Shown: piece by piece, positions 50,200 to 63,400 of the stretch
How the letters are laid out: each line of letters opens with the position of its first letter
Position numbering within the stretch: the stretch's first letter is position 1
Assembly: GCA_002633005.1 (NCBI GenBank)
Contig: NMRA01000192.1
Location: 666,669 to 730,668, forward strand
DNA from: Phoronis australis
Lineage: Eukaryota > Animalia > Phoronida
DNA length: 64,000 nt
Reading direction: 5' to 3'
The notes under the pieces: generated by a model
What the model was told of the DNA's origin: nothing
What the model saw: the letters and a program-made list of their open reading frames with translations, nothing else
Databases searched by the model: none
Translations under genes and position numbers: made by a program

Positions 50200-52640
50200 A
50201 GTAGAATCACTCACCCTTTTTGGGCCATTGATTGAATAACAAATATTTGGTCAACTGTTAATTCTTTTTTGAAGAAATCCGCATTAGTCCTCAAATATTG
50301 TTCTATTGGATTCGGCCCAACGTGTAAGCCTGTTAGTTAATATTTTAGTAAACACATTGCTGATGACACTAAGCAAACAATTGTCTGTGTAATTATTTGC
50401 ATCGGCAGTTCAAAGTTTTTTATGCAGTGGCACAATAATACCGTTACACCATGTCTGAGGATAATTTCTAGAATTTTGTTGGAAAGCTGTGAGGTCGCGG
50501 ATACAAAGATGAGTTTGCTTCTTTGACATTTCTGAAATTATACCATCTATTTTTGGTGTTTTATCATTCATCAACTCTTTCACGACTGATAATAATGCGG
50601 CTTCTGTTATCTCAGTGTTAAGCACAACGGGATCATTGATATTACAATTTACAAATTCATGTTCCTTGTGATCATCAATTACGTTTGACTGCTTGACGTT
50701 ATTCAGGAGTGTTTCAAAATGCAATTCCCATTCTTTTGGAGAAATGTTATTTTTACTAGACTGAACGACTTCAGAACAGACCAACACTGTTTTGGGTCAC
50801 GTAATGACTTTTTCAAATTTTCTGGATTTTTCTTTTCCATTCTTTTCCATTTGTTTTGGTGAGCACGCGTGTTTAAACAGTTGCTTTGCAGATAAATAAT
50901 TTGCTAAAGCATCTTCGAAATTCACGCCAAGTCTTGTTTGATTGTGTTTCACTGCACAACAACCATCATACCAGCAATCGGGTTGATGCGTGTTCACGTG
51001 ATAACCATTTTGCGGACGTGTGTGTGCATTCTCAGGTGACTGCCACAAATCTTCACCACACTTCACAGCAGTATCAACGTAATTATTCTCCATAATCTCG
51101 TACACCCGTTGTAAGTTAGAGACGGATTTGTGGTCACTCAACTTTTGAAATTAATTCTGTGAATGCCTTTTTTTTTAAACCAAATTTAAAAGCTCCAATG
51201 ATGCCTCCTGGTGCACGTCCATACTTCCTGGTTCTCCAATAAGGCAGACGAAAACAAGTGTGATCAGCAGATAGGTGCGAGTGATCATCTTCTGCTTCTA
51301 TCCTAGTCTCCCATAATGCAACAGCATCGTAAGAACTTAGTTTCATGAATTCAGGTCTCTTCCCTTTCATTCCTTGAATGATCCAAGATAACAACGATAA
51401 CTCATGTATCTCAAGTTCACGGTTTCCAAACATCTATTACCCTAGGCCAGATCCCTACAACAGACGGTCGTGGGAGAGGAAACTCGGCGCAGTTGGATTA
51501 CTATGTTCGAGACGATGAAAAGGTGACATGTGTGTCATTAGCCCAAGAATTGTTCGGAAGGAACGGCTTGAGATTACCACGTTCCTCAATCAAAAATTTG
51601 TCGTTCTTATTAATCAACTTGTTATAACTAATGTTCGAGCGCTCATCTCTCTATCGAGCGTCAAGCATTTCCGGTAAAAGTCGTTTTCTGGTCAGATGTT
51701 TCTTACACGGGAAGTAAAGTCTTTACTTATTGAAATGCCAGATCCTCACAGATTCTTTTCAGTTCTCGGGACAATCTGCTTTTGTTTAGAATTTTGCAAT
51801 TATCAGTTTTAGGTCCCCTGGAATTCAATCAATGCTCGCTGTCGAAGTTAATGTCATTCATGAGTATATTCAGTTGATCGCTCAGCACTTACCTTACGTT
51901 CGCAATCATCCCAAGTTTCACTTGCTCCCTGGGGATGACTTTCACCGTATTTAATGATATTGTCACGTTGGCTGTGTGCCTCGAGATTATATATTTTAAT
52001 CACAATGTACCCCGCTCGGTTTTTGAGCTTTTAATTTCCTGAAAGTTGCAGGTTACATCGCCTAGGGATTGCTTTAAATTTGCAATCTGAGATTTAAACT
52101 CAAGCAGTGTGACCAGAATCGTGTCCAACGAGGTGTTATTACCTGTCTGTTCTGTCCCACCTGTGGCGCCCATTGTTACGATGACCCCCGGGGGGGGGTA
52201 ACTTGTTCGTCCGTCAAACTCTAAAGATCTCTCGAACTCAGAATACTCGGAGTACAACCACTTCTCATTGTATACTCAGTTATGCGCTCGGATTGTCTCA
52301 CAGGCTCCTTGTTGGTGTCCTTTCTAGGGGGCCCAAGGTTCAATTCTCACATAATTTGACATAACCAACATGATCGCTGAGAGATAAATAAAAATAGAAC
52401 AGTATTGGCTTTCGGTGACGGCAGCTAGCACAATGTCATCATCAGACATCCAGACTACTAATAAGATAACCTGCAGAGCAACCAAAATTTCGTTCCGCAC
52501 ATCCATGCCAGAACAGACCTCTACAAATATTCTTTTTTCCTCGGACAATAAGACACTGGTCACTTCTTCTCCAGTCTATAACCAACGCCGCAACAGACGA
52601 TTCGTTTAAATCTCAAGATGCATCCTTCGTGCGTGCTGGA
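50200..52640 (-). mobile_element. decayed non-LTR retrotransposon (LINE; ORF1 + APE endonuclease + 5' part of RT)
   Basis: Fragmented frames: LSLLSWIIQGMKGK...VALWET and GRAPGGI (APE); CWYDGCC; EITEAALLSVVKELMNDKTPKIDGIISEM; YPQTWCNGIIVPLHKK; DANNY...LLSVISNVFTKILTNRL...CGF (RT start); coiled-coil ORF1-like remnants at 51500-52260. Boundaries approximate. Confidence 0.85.
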
Positions 52641-53270
52641 AACACCTACTGAGCGCTCCCCCTATTGGCGTGATGGTACCATTAACCCATATCGATTAGA
52701 AGACAAGACAAGACTTCCTGGTATTTCGGACTTTTTGATCCTTCCCAGTAGAATTTAAAAGTTTTGCAATATCTCCAAAAATACCATTGATACCTTATCC
52801 TGAAAATTTGTGGTCTTTAGATCGATTCCCATCTCGACTATTAATGACCGTGACCACTTTTGGGTGCTTCTACATTTATGTTCCTATACTTTATGACTAA
52901 TATCTCTCGACTCGACCAGCTCGATGTGAATCAACCGTTCCGCAGCAGCGACACCTAACACCCTGTAACCTAATACCATAAAGAAAAATCAGTGAAAATT
53001 AAGAACCTGGTAATATCAAATTGTTGCCGTAGACGTCTAATCTAACACAAAGACACTTCCTTACAGCACTGCTGAATGAGGGCGCTGTGGTTGGCAACGC
53101 AAGTTTCTGAAAGTCCTACAACTTTTTTCCGTAAGAACCTCCCGGGGACTTTTCGTGGATGCAAAATCAGTTCTGATAAATGATCGTTTCCGAAAGGTTT
53201 TTCGGATATCCCCCGTTCTAGCAAACCTTCAAGCGATTTTAAACTCGCATTTCGTAAAAGAAGCGTTCAT

Positions 53271-53331
53271 CACCACCGCCACCACCACCACCACCACCAC
53301 CACCACCACCACCATCGCGATGATGATGATT

Positions 53332-53362
<31 letters not shown>

Positions 53363-53415
53363 GTAGCAGCAGCAGCAGCAGCAGCAGCAACAGTAACAGT
53401 AGCAGTAGTAGTAGT
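53271..53415. repeat. compound trinucleotide microsatellite (CAC)n(ATC)n(AGC)n(AGT)n
   Basis: Direct reading. Confidence 0.95.
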
Positions 53416-54071
53416 ATTTAGACCAGTTAGCGGAATTGTTCTCAATTTGTTCTTCACTTAGATGAGAAGTAACAGTTATTACTTGATACTATACTGGGCG
53501 CATAAATAGACACGTTGGTACAAACCAGCTTTTAAGCCTGCTTTCAATTACATGTACTAAGGAATTGTTAGTTGTTCCAAAGACCTGGGATCGAGACTAA
53601 TTTGACAAAGAAACAATTTTAGACCAATTTCATAAAAATAAGTAGTCTAAATCAAAAGTTGTCATTCGCAATGGAGAACAGGTTTACGGTCACTTTCACT
53701 TTCCCAGTTAGTTCGAAAAATTAGCTGGTGTACGTGAAAATGCGACCGGCCAACTTAAGATGGATGAATCGAGCGAAAAAAATGGGATCAATTCGCTTTG
53801 CAGCATTGGGTTACTAGGCGCCAAAGGCGAATTTCGTGTGAGATATTACGAGTTTGTGATCGCATATTTACTCTTACGGAATAATGAGTGAGTCAGTGCC
53901 CACATGCTCTCTGCTGCAGTTGAGAGCACACGGGATAACAATAGTGTGCACATGAGTTTGCCCTAACATCTTGAACAAAGATCACGCAGTATATAGAGTT
54001 GTTACGATTCTTCAGACTCTTTTATGTACATAAAGTTGTTAGTTTTGTTAGCCAACTGTAAGAATAAGATA

Positions 54072-54077
54072 TTTATT
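54072..54077 (-). promoter_or_regulatory. candidate polyadenylation signal AATAAA of the GCPII-like gene
   Basis: AATAAA on the minus strand ~160 nt downstream of the stop codon. Confidence 0.4.
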
Positions 54078-54237
54078 ATTGGAAAGTACGCAGCAGCTTC
54101 AAAAGAGTTCTGACAATCGTTCAACATCTTTAACGAACATAGATTGTGCCAATATGTATATGTATACAGTTTTTCGTCAATTAATAATACTAAAGATATA
54201 TTGAATGTCAAGAAAGCGCGACCTTTTATGAGACACC

Positions 54238-54445
54238 CTATATGTGTCTGTGTATATTTGACACGTCCTGCAAAGTGGAAGCCGCCGAGTCGATAGTATA
54301 GATAACGACCGAGAGGTAGCGCTTGACTTTCTCCCACTGAGCTGTGGTGTTGTCTGAAGCCTCTATTTTATACATAAGATCTTTCAGCCCGGGGAATCCC
54401 GATCCGGGATGGCTTTTGTCCAAACTTGAAGCAAAGAGAACGTGC
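54238..54445 (-). CDS. GCPII-like last exon ([24 protein letters not shown]...[11 protein letters not shown])
   Basis: ttacag|G phase 2; stop TAG at 54238-54240. Confidence 0.9.
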
Positions 54446-57400
54446 CTGTAAGAGAAACGTTAAATAAATTTAAATCCGAGTGAAATGGTTAAGGAGTTGG
54501 CATAGCAAATTTATTAAATGTGCTGACTGTTCAAAACTATGCCCACCATCCCAATAATTCTGGTTATTTTTCATTTCACCGAAAAATTCTGTGTCCTGTC
54601 AGAAAAGCTGTTGTGGTTGTGAATAATTTAAGTATAAATAAACATGTTATACGTGTCCCTATATGTGCAGCAAAAGTTGAAAATTTGAAATTTGTTTATC
54701 AGGAATCTTTTGAGCGATTTTTCCTGGCCAATTAAAATACTGTTTTGCAAATAGTTTCCTTAAACGATAACGTTTTAACCAAGGATATGTTAGAAATGGG
54801 ACTATCTTCAAATTAGGTACTGCCAGGAGTGAATCGATTGTCCTCTCCTGTTCACTGAACAAAGATGCTGGCCAATTCCTTTGCACAAGCTGGACGTTGA
54901 CACTACGATATTGACATCAATTTACGCCCACATGGTCAAAACCAATTCCTAAGCCCCTCCCGCCACCAATGGGGTACTTAAACAAACTAATCGGGCTGGT
55001 GGCGCTACGAATCAAATCAGATACAGGTCCTCCGCCAACATTTTGGGCTTAGAGTGGGTAACTGGTCTGCATGGTGTCTTAGAATTTGGCGGATGGTAGT
55101 AAATGGCTAGGTGTTATTCAAACACAATAGGTCTTTTGAAATTGACGCGGTATGCAATAAGGTAGAATGTAAGCTAAAATGAAAAAATACAAAACTTCTT
55201 TCTCTGTGCAAGAATTAAATTAAAGTTCAAAATATTTTCACTTTGAAGGACAAAAAATAACGATCCAAAACTAGCCTTTTGACTTCGTATTGAGACTAAA
55301 ACATGCACCAGGACTTTTTATGCTCATACATACAAAACTCATCATGGCTGAAGGCACGACTGTACTTTTTGTTAGACAGCTTAGTATATACTCGGTCGTA
55401 GTCTCTACATATTCTTCTTATCATCAGGCGCGTTGTTGTGAAGCAAAACACCAAGAGACTTAACCGATAAATAAGTTAAAATAGTTGCCGTAATTTTAGA
55501 CCATGTGTCTTATCATCAGACAAGTGATCTCGGAAGCGAAATATAGAGCGAAATAAACAGCGACAGCAGGTAAAAGGGCATATGCAAGCAGGGAAGGTCA
55601 ATTTATCACACGGTAAGAAGCCCACAAGACTTGAACGGAACAGGATCATCTTGAGGGAGGAATGGGCGGAGGTACAGACGCAAGGGAAAACGGAGGGACA
55701 AAGGGAAGATCGGATTGCCAATCGAAAAGGATACTGTATTTTGAAATTCAGACTTTTACGTCAAGCAGAATTGCACAGTATATTGTATTAAGATTTGACG
55801 AACACTTTTATCGACGAAAATCTTCAAAATTGATCCCTTTCAAAGTCCATTTGATAGAATAGTTTATGTAAAGTAAACAGTATCGTTCTATTTGCATATG
55901 GAGCGGTCTGAACTTCTTTAGCAGTCATAGGAGATGCAAGCTTGTCTGGTAAGTGTCAATTATTCATGATTTTAGAAGCCAAAAGATATCCTATTTTCAA
56001 ACAGAATTGAAAGGAGGTAAATCAGGCATAACCAATCTTCAAAATTAGTAGTATTCTGAGACAGTGAAGATACATGTAGGCGCGAAAAGTACAACGGGTC
56101 GTTTCTAAATGTCAGTTAATAACCTGTTACTTTTCTTGCCAGGTAAACCATTGGGATCGATAAAGGCTCGCTCCAGCAGCATCATCTGGTCATTCATCAT
56201 TCGAACTGCCATCGGGCTGAAGAAGGCAACAAGATACACTGCATTCAATATTTACAAAATTATTCTAAAAAGGCATCCTCCTGCAGTTTGAATTTAATGT
56301 TGCTAATACAAACGACCTCGCTTAGCTCGTCACCTTCGGGTCAGCAAAAAAATACGACTTATTCGAACAAGGACTTAAATATAAGTGCAATATATTTGCA
56401 CTGGCATAGAGATGATAGCCGGGTAGGGCAATAGCTAACTTTCGAAATAGCCGGGCCATATTGAAAGTCATTATCTCGCCAGACGGCAATCAGGTGTTCG
56501 GTGGACAGGTGTTAGCGCATCCTGCAGATTCCATGCAAATCACGGGCTACTGGTTTAAAGAGCGCTTTAACGTCTTTCCTGTTATCATAATGCCGGCGAA
56601 TTTCAACTATGTAGTCGTAGAATTTCTCTCCACCAAATCTGAGTCGGGATCAAGTGGAAGTCAATTTTGTTTCTAATTACTCTAGAGAGCGCCATTATGA
56701 AAAATCCTCAGTTTCTTTATAATCGATTACTAGTGCTAAGAAAATTTGTAGTTTCATAAGTACAGATAACGGTTGTTTTTGTCGCAATTTACGTTTGAAA
56801 TTTATTTCATTGTAAATGGCTTTTGCTGTATGGCCAAATTTTCAATAAAAACTGCTGTAAAACCTTACAAGTAAGCGCATGCGCCAATACGCAAAATAAT
56901 TTGGTTTTTGCAATATTTTTCTACTCAAATGCTTCGCGTAGAGAAGATGCATCTAAGCTCTGCAATTAAACGCATGCGCGTTGAATCTGTAAAATTCTTT
57001 TATTGGAGAAAAATCTGACAGCTCTCTGCAACATTTATTTGTAGTGAGCTCGAGCCGACACAGCACAAGTCCACTGGTGACGATTTTCGTGAAAATTGTT
57101 ACTTTAAGTGGCAGGAAAGATTTCACACTTGAATGACGAGTTAAGCGAAAACGACGACTTAACCGCGAACTCTTAGTTGTAAATGAATGGGCGTGTAATT
57201 GGGACCAACAAAAAGTAACGACTTTTGTAGACTGACGTGTTATGCGATGACGAGTTACACGAGGTTGCTTGTACTGCTTCAAAGATTTATCAGGCTTAAA
57301 ATTGCCATTCATGTGTGAAACAGTTGTATCATTGATGATTCTTTGGCTTATTCAAAGGATCGGATCTGCATTTGAATTGACACCAAAAATATAATGTACA

Positions 57401-60400
57401 GCATTTCGAATTAATTATCAAAAGAGAGCACAGATGACGTCTGTTTGGTACAAGTTAATTGTTGCAGTTGAACTGAGCAATTTCTTAACTTACTCCTTTT
57501 TGTTCACCGCGTTCAATCTGTTCGAGAAATCTTCACATGCCTTGCCAAAATTAGCCACAGCTTCTCGCTAGAAATCTATGAAATACAAGCACAATACTGA
57601 ACAAACGTCAGCGAAAAGTCAAAGAATACATGTTAAAACTCGGCGCTGTTCTAAATACATGAATTGACAACGTAAAGAAAAGAGTTAAGCAAGGGGCATT
57701 TTAAAAGTGTACATTGTTTGGATTACAGCTCTGTTGAAATCCAGTGGTCCACTGCTGATTTTTTAATAGTGATTCTCAAAAACATAACCTTCAGGTAGTC
57801 ACCCGTGCTGACAATGAAAGCAAATCCTAAAAGCCACTATGACCATCAGATATCAATAACCCACAAAACATTAGAAGGGTAGTAAAATTGCATAACTCCT
57901 TCGTTTCTGTCGATGGTGGTCTCCAAGGTGACTTGTGCCAACGGCTGTCGCCGCATGGACAGCATCCCCATTATGTCTAGTAAAATTGTTGCGATTCTGA
58001 TGTCGACATTTTATTTATATGCATGACATAAAATGAAGCACAGCGTGTCTGACTTGATAAGGTGTAAGTTCAAGTGATTATGTCGTGTGATAAGCCGAAA
58101 AACACGTTTTGGTAACACCAGTAACATTCGCTCTTCTGTTGTCATTTCTTTAAATATTACATAAATATGTAAGCTTTGAATAAGGACGGATATATAGATC
58201 ATAAACATTTTTAAGTCTGGTCTCCACGCCACCTGTTGGCTGTATCACGTCACCATAGTTTGTGATGTATAAATATTACTTTACAAGTGGGATTTGTTTT
58301 CATCGTTGATACACTGATCTTTCGAGAAAAAAAAATAGTTTCTTAGTTTGCTAGATTTCAAGAACAAACCGCGGCTTCAAATCCTTTCAGACTCGTAGTG
58401 AAGCAAAAAGAACAGGAAATGACCGTCATAAAGTACCATTACAGTTTAACCTGAGAATATTTTGTTTTCGCACTCTTGGTTTACCTAAGCCTCGCTGCAG
58501 TCCATTTTGTTTCATTTTATCCGCGTAACCGTTCATGAAATTGTCTGTGAAATCTTGAAGGGCCTCACTGTTACAGTAGTGTTTTACATCGAAAGGTAGC
58601 AACAGTTCGTCCGCCAATGATCGAGCTATTTCGCCCCAAAATCGAGTTGTCGCCGTTAAAAACTAAAGAGAAAAGCATACAAATTTTGTCAAAAATTACA
58701 AACCCACCTGAGGACGACACAAATAAATTTTCATCGTTTGTTTGAAGCAGCTATCAACTCCATTTCAACACAAAAACTTTTGGTTTAGACTACTTAACCG
58801 CTATTGTTAGATCGGTCTCAAGTTGTTCTTTATTCAAGTTGGATGTGACTTCTTGGGAGACAATGTCGCTCAGTGGTTTGAGCTCCGAATTCCCTAGCTT
58901 TACTGACAGACAACCAAGCACTGCACAAAGATGTCTCCTATTCCTCTGAGCTCGGTTTTACTTGTGAATGTATACAAGGGAGTGAATGAGAACCTGGATA
59001 CAATGCCAAAGCGATTTCTAGGGTTGTGCAAAAAAACTCACGACCTGGGCTTCTAGAAAACTGGTAGATAGTTAGTGCTTGTGAAAAGACTCTACAACTT
59101 GCTTGACGTCATGGGATAACAAAGTGTGAGTTCTTTGAAAACTCAAAATTCGCTTCTCATCTGAGTAAGGAACAGGCTAAGACCAATTTTATAGTCGTTA
59201 GAGGTCGCTTCTTGGACCGAACATGGCTGTGTAACCCCTGTAGTGTATTTAAAATAACAGGTGGTATTTGTCAGCGAAATGTCCAATAGATGTTCGAGTT
59301 ATTTTTGATGTCCACACCCACATGTGGAATTCGTTTTCGCACAAGGCAGTGGACGAAACAATTAGATAGACTTTTTGGTGATACCTCGCTTTTCATTAAC
59401 TTAAAGGATAGCAAATACGGCTTTGGCCTAGTAACAGATGCTAAAAACAACTTTTCTGTCCAGTTTTGTGAAACAAAATAACGCTCTGTAACCCAAGGCA
59501 ATCCTCAAAAGTTTCGAGGAAAATTTAAAACATATTTTAGTGTCTGCTAAAGGGTAAGCTTTTAGCTAATAACAAGGCACCCACCACGGGCCATAATGTA
59601 CCATTTGTGAAATAGCAGGTTTGAGTTTTTAGTTGATTCCTGCTTTTATCTTTCAAGATTGACGTCATTGACGCGTTAGCAGGTGACAGGACGCGGAATG
59701 GTTGAAATCATCAAAACAGGACTTAGTATCCTTTAAAAGGTGGCACAGGTCATGAGTTTGTTTTGTGTGAAGCACTCTTTGCCATAGATTGATCGCTGGC
59801 CGTTGCTTGCATGAACAACCAGGGCACCTCGTGTACCTTTAGACAAAATATACGAAAACTATTACTGTTTCACTACAATGAATAAGTTACCTTGAAATCT
59901 TTGTCCAAAACTTGATCAACCAAATAAAAGGTTTCATAAGCTGAATGGTAAAGCGGATAGGTAGTCAAATCCAGCGTCTGTAATTACGAACGTTGTTATA
60001 TAAACTGCAAATGACCAATTTTCTCAAAAATTCTATAAACCTCCTGAAATTTGTCAACCTTCTCATGCATTAGAGATTTAACAAAAAGTTCGTAATTTGC
60101 AAAAGCACAGGTAAGATATTTGTTTGGATTCAAGTACTCTTCGATTCGTGTGTGGTATTCAGGTGCATAATAAAAGCAGCCCTTTGTGAATGTTAACAGG
60201 ACAGCAACAAAATTCTAAAACCGAATTACCAAGTGAAATGTGTCTGAACAAACTGTAGGTATCAATACTTGCGTGATCGAATGTATATCTTATGTCGCAG
60301 GACGGGATGCCTCCAAGATGAACAAACGCTCGAAAGTCGCTGTTGGTCCCTATCTTCTGTATCCTGAACACACGACAATGCATTATATCGACAAGTACAT

Positions 60401-63400
60401 TTATTTGATTCCACTAACCAGGGAAAATTTCATCATATAAGAGAAATCCAAGTAGTCATACAAATATTTTACAAAAAGCATTAGTTTGTTATGTCTCTGA
60501 ATGGTTCACAGAGAACGTGGTCCAGGGTTAGAGCTGTCGAACACTCCGTGACAATGCCTAGGTAACAGGGGCATTAGGTTAATCATCAGACCTGGACCCA
60601 CATGTTTGAACGTGAAGGCGGATGATGACAAGGGCCTTGACGAAAACTATTTCTGAAAAATGGGCTTCCGGCCTTAAAATTGCCGGGTAACTGAACAACA
60701 TCCTGTTGGAGAATTCATGTTATTGTTTATTAACAACGAAGACATTAATCTCAAAAGCAAACCAGGTGTGCGTTCAGTAGACCCTAGGACCTACGCTAGG
60801 ACCTAACTAAGACCTAGTCAAAGTCACGTGTTCTCATTTAAAATGCACGGCAATATCTCACGTAATCTCGCGAAGTCTTGCTTTTTAGCGAGGCCCTAGC
60901 GTTACTGAACGGGAGGCAAGGCTGCGTTCTGGGAAGTAAAGTAGGAAACCTGCGAGAATTCAAGATACCCTGAATTTTCTCCCATAACTCTACTCTTGGC
61001 TTCGCCAATCGACCCCTTGTCTGGCGGCCATTTTGCTAATCTATGATAGTATGGTCCCAAGCTTATTCTCGAAGCACTTTCATTTCAATCGCCTAATTGG
61101 GACTAGACATATGGTCTTAAGTGATATCGCCATGCATCTCGTAAGAAACGAACCCTGCGGGGCTGACGGGTTCAGCGATCACTCACCTGGGCACATTCAA
61201 TTTCTTCCCGTCCTTGTCCAGTTTCGGTTGCCGCAACACCCACGTGTCATAAACTGTTCTTCTGCCCATTGCCACCTCTGAAGGGTCAGGGTTTGGTACC
61301 TGTGCAATGTAATTCCGCTATAAATCACTATTTCACACCTAGAGACAAAAGCGTAGTACCCACATCATGTAAAGATTACTAAATTTCTACCGTCTAGAAA
61401 AGTTTGTTCGTGATTTTCTGATTTCTTTTGATGGTTTGTTTTCAAATAAATACCAATTATCTCCTGACAAGAAGCGGACTGAATGATTTCAAAAGTTGTC
61501 TTTTGGCATGCACGAGAACGAACACAGGCCTACGCTGCACCGGTGCAGACTATTTCCCACTATGGATTAGAGGGCTTCGATGTACTTGTGACTCATTGTT
61601 GGTCATAAAATGACGTCACTGAGTAACTTAGTACCGAAGGCTAGCCATACTATCAAGTGCACGAATCGGAACCCTTGTTCACAGTGTGTACTAATTCCCG
61701 CCTTCCGCAGTGTTCGCTCTCCCATCCCGTGAGGTACGAAATAGCGGCACATCTCCAGATGCGGCAGGTAGGTCAGCCTTGCTTTTGCTCCTGTGGAGAT
61801 TCACATGTTGGCATCTGCCGTCTGAATACTTTCTATTTTACATATTAAAATTGTGCCGGAAAAGTATTACTGCTGTGTCGTGGGCTACAATGCAGATTCA
61901 ATGAAGTGGGATAAGTTGGATAACTATCCATGGATGCGGGATGTCACATTTTACCCCACCCCGACGGCTCTGGAAGACAAAACACGGCGAAGTCCGTCGT
62001 GCGCACGGCGCCACCGTTGTACAATCAGTATAATTTTACCCAATATAATTTTACCTCACGACTAGAAAGAGCGGAAGTGCGGAATACGGGAATTGTCCTT
62101 CACTGATGCAAACCTTGTCCTACACACTATGCACTTGGCTTTGTATTAGCCTACTCTTAAGATCCTTTGGAAATCGACTGATTAAGGAAGTAAATAAATG
62201 ACTCCAAAAGCAGTGTCCGTATCGATGACAAACGCTCTCGACTGCTCTCAAGAGAGAGAGGGAGAGAGAAGTGCCGGGTGGGGGATGGGGGTGGAGAGAC
62301 ACGGAGGCAGAGGGAGAGGGGATGCAACCTCGGATATCTCGACATCGCCACCGAATATTTCAACAACTGCCCCCAGCGACATCAACAAAATCGACGAGCT
62401 GTCAATGCCGAAAATGTTATGGATGTTGTTAATGTCGCATCCAACACTGTTAATGGCGACGTCCTTAGCAATGTCGTTGCTAACAGGCAAAGAACTAGAA
62501 AATCACTGACGACCCACAAGGCTGTCCAACGCCTACAACGATACCGCTGGCGTCAGCAAAGCCGACATCCTTCGATAACTAAAATGCTGATGACGTGACG
62601 ATGAAACAAAAGACACCAATGCCGAAAGTGACCTCAGCATTGGAAACCACTTCCCCCACTTCCGCTAGCACCGTCAAAAAGCCACTGGCTGACGATGGTG
62701 CTGATGACAGCAGCAGATGTGAAACGCATAGTCCAATGTAAGTTCCATATACATTGGTCGTGTGAGTAACAGGAGGACGGGTATATTACCCGTGTTGGTG
62801 GGGCCTGAGAAACGCACCAGTGTCAGATGTCAGTCATCTGTAAATCTCGAGTAATTCGAGAACAGAGGATCGAAGCGATAAAACGGATGAAGCACTGCAG
62901 ATAGCCTATAATGAGATTTATCTAAGTACAAATTTCAAAAGAAACCTTCGAAGGTTCGCAGGGCTACAAATTTGTCAAGTTTAAAGCGAAAACTGGCTGT
63001 CGGATTCCCACGTTCAGTCCGATTTTTTCCCAAAGAACAGTGCTCAAGATTATAATGAGACAGATGATGTATGCGAATTTCATGTAGATAGAACGCAAAA
63101 TGCTACCCGTAAGCGTGCGTACAAACAAACCAAAAATTTCAGGGCGAAGCAACAGACTTTGAGAAATTTCATTTTAAGTACAAACCTCGTAACAGCGCAA
63201 CAGATTTAGAGAAATTTCAGTTCAACAATTAACGAACCTCACGACTAAATAATTACATAGTTACAACAAATCTTTTTGAAATGTGACAGTAACAACACCA
63301 ATACGACAATAACGACACCAATGCGACAGTAACGATACCAATGTTATTGGACTTTCGGCTTCCAAGAAGTGCTCTGAAGGCCGGAACTATGCAAAACACT

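Noticed and set aside
53155-53457. Homopolymer-rich ORFs on both strands
   Set aside because: Translation of a compound trinucleotide microsatellite, probably within an unclassified repeat.
58563-58582. TACTGTA transposon-footprint-like sequence in a GCPII-like exon (HYCNSE)
   Set aside because: A 5-nt mariner footprint would shift the frame, which is intact; cannot be distinguished from ordinary divergence.
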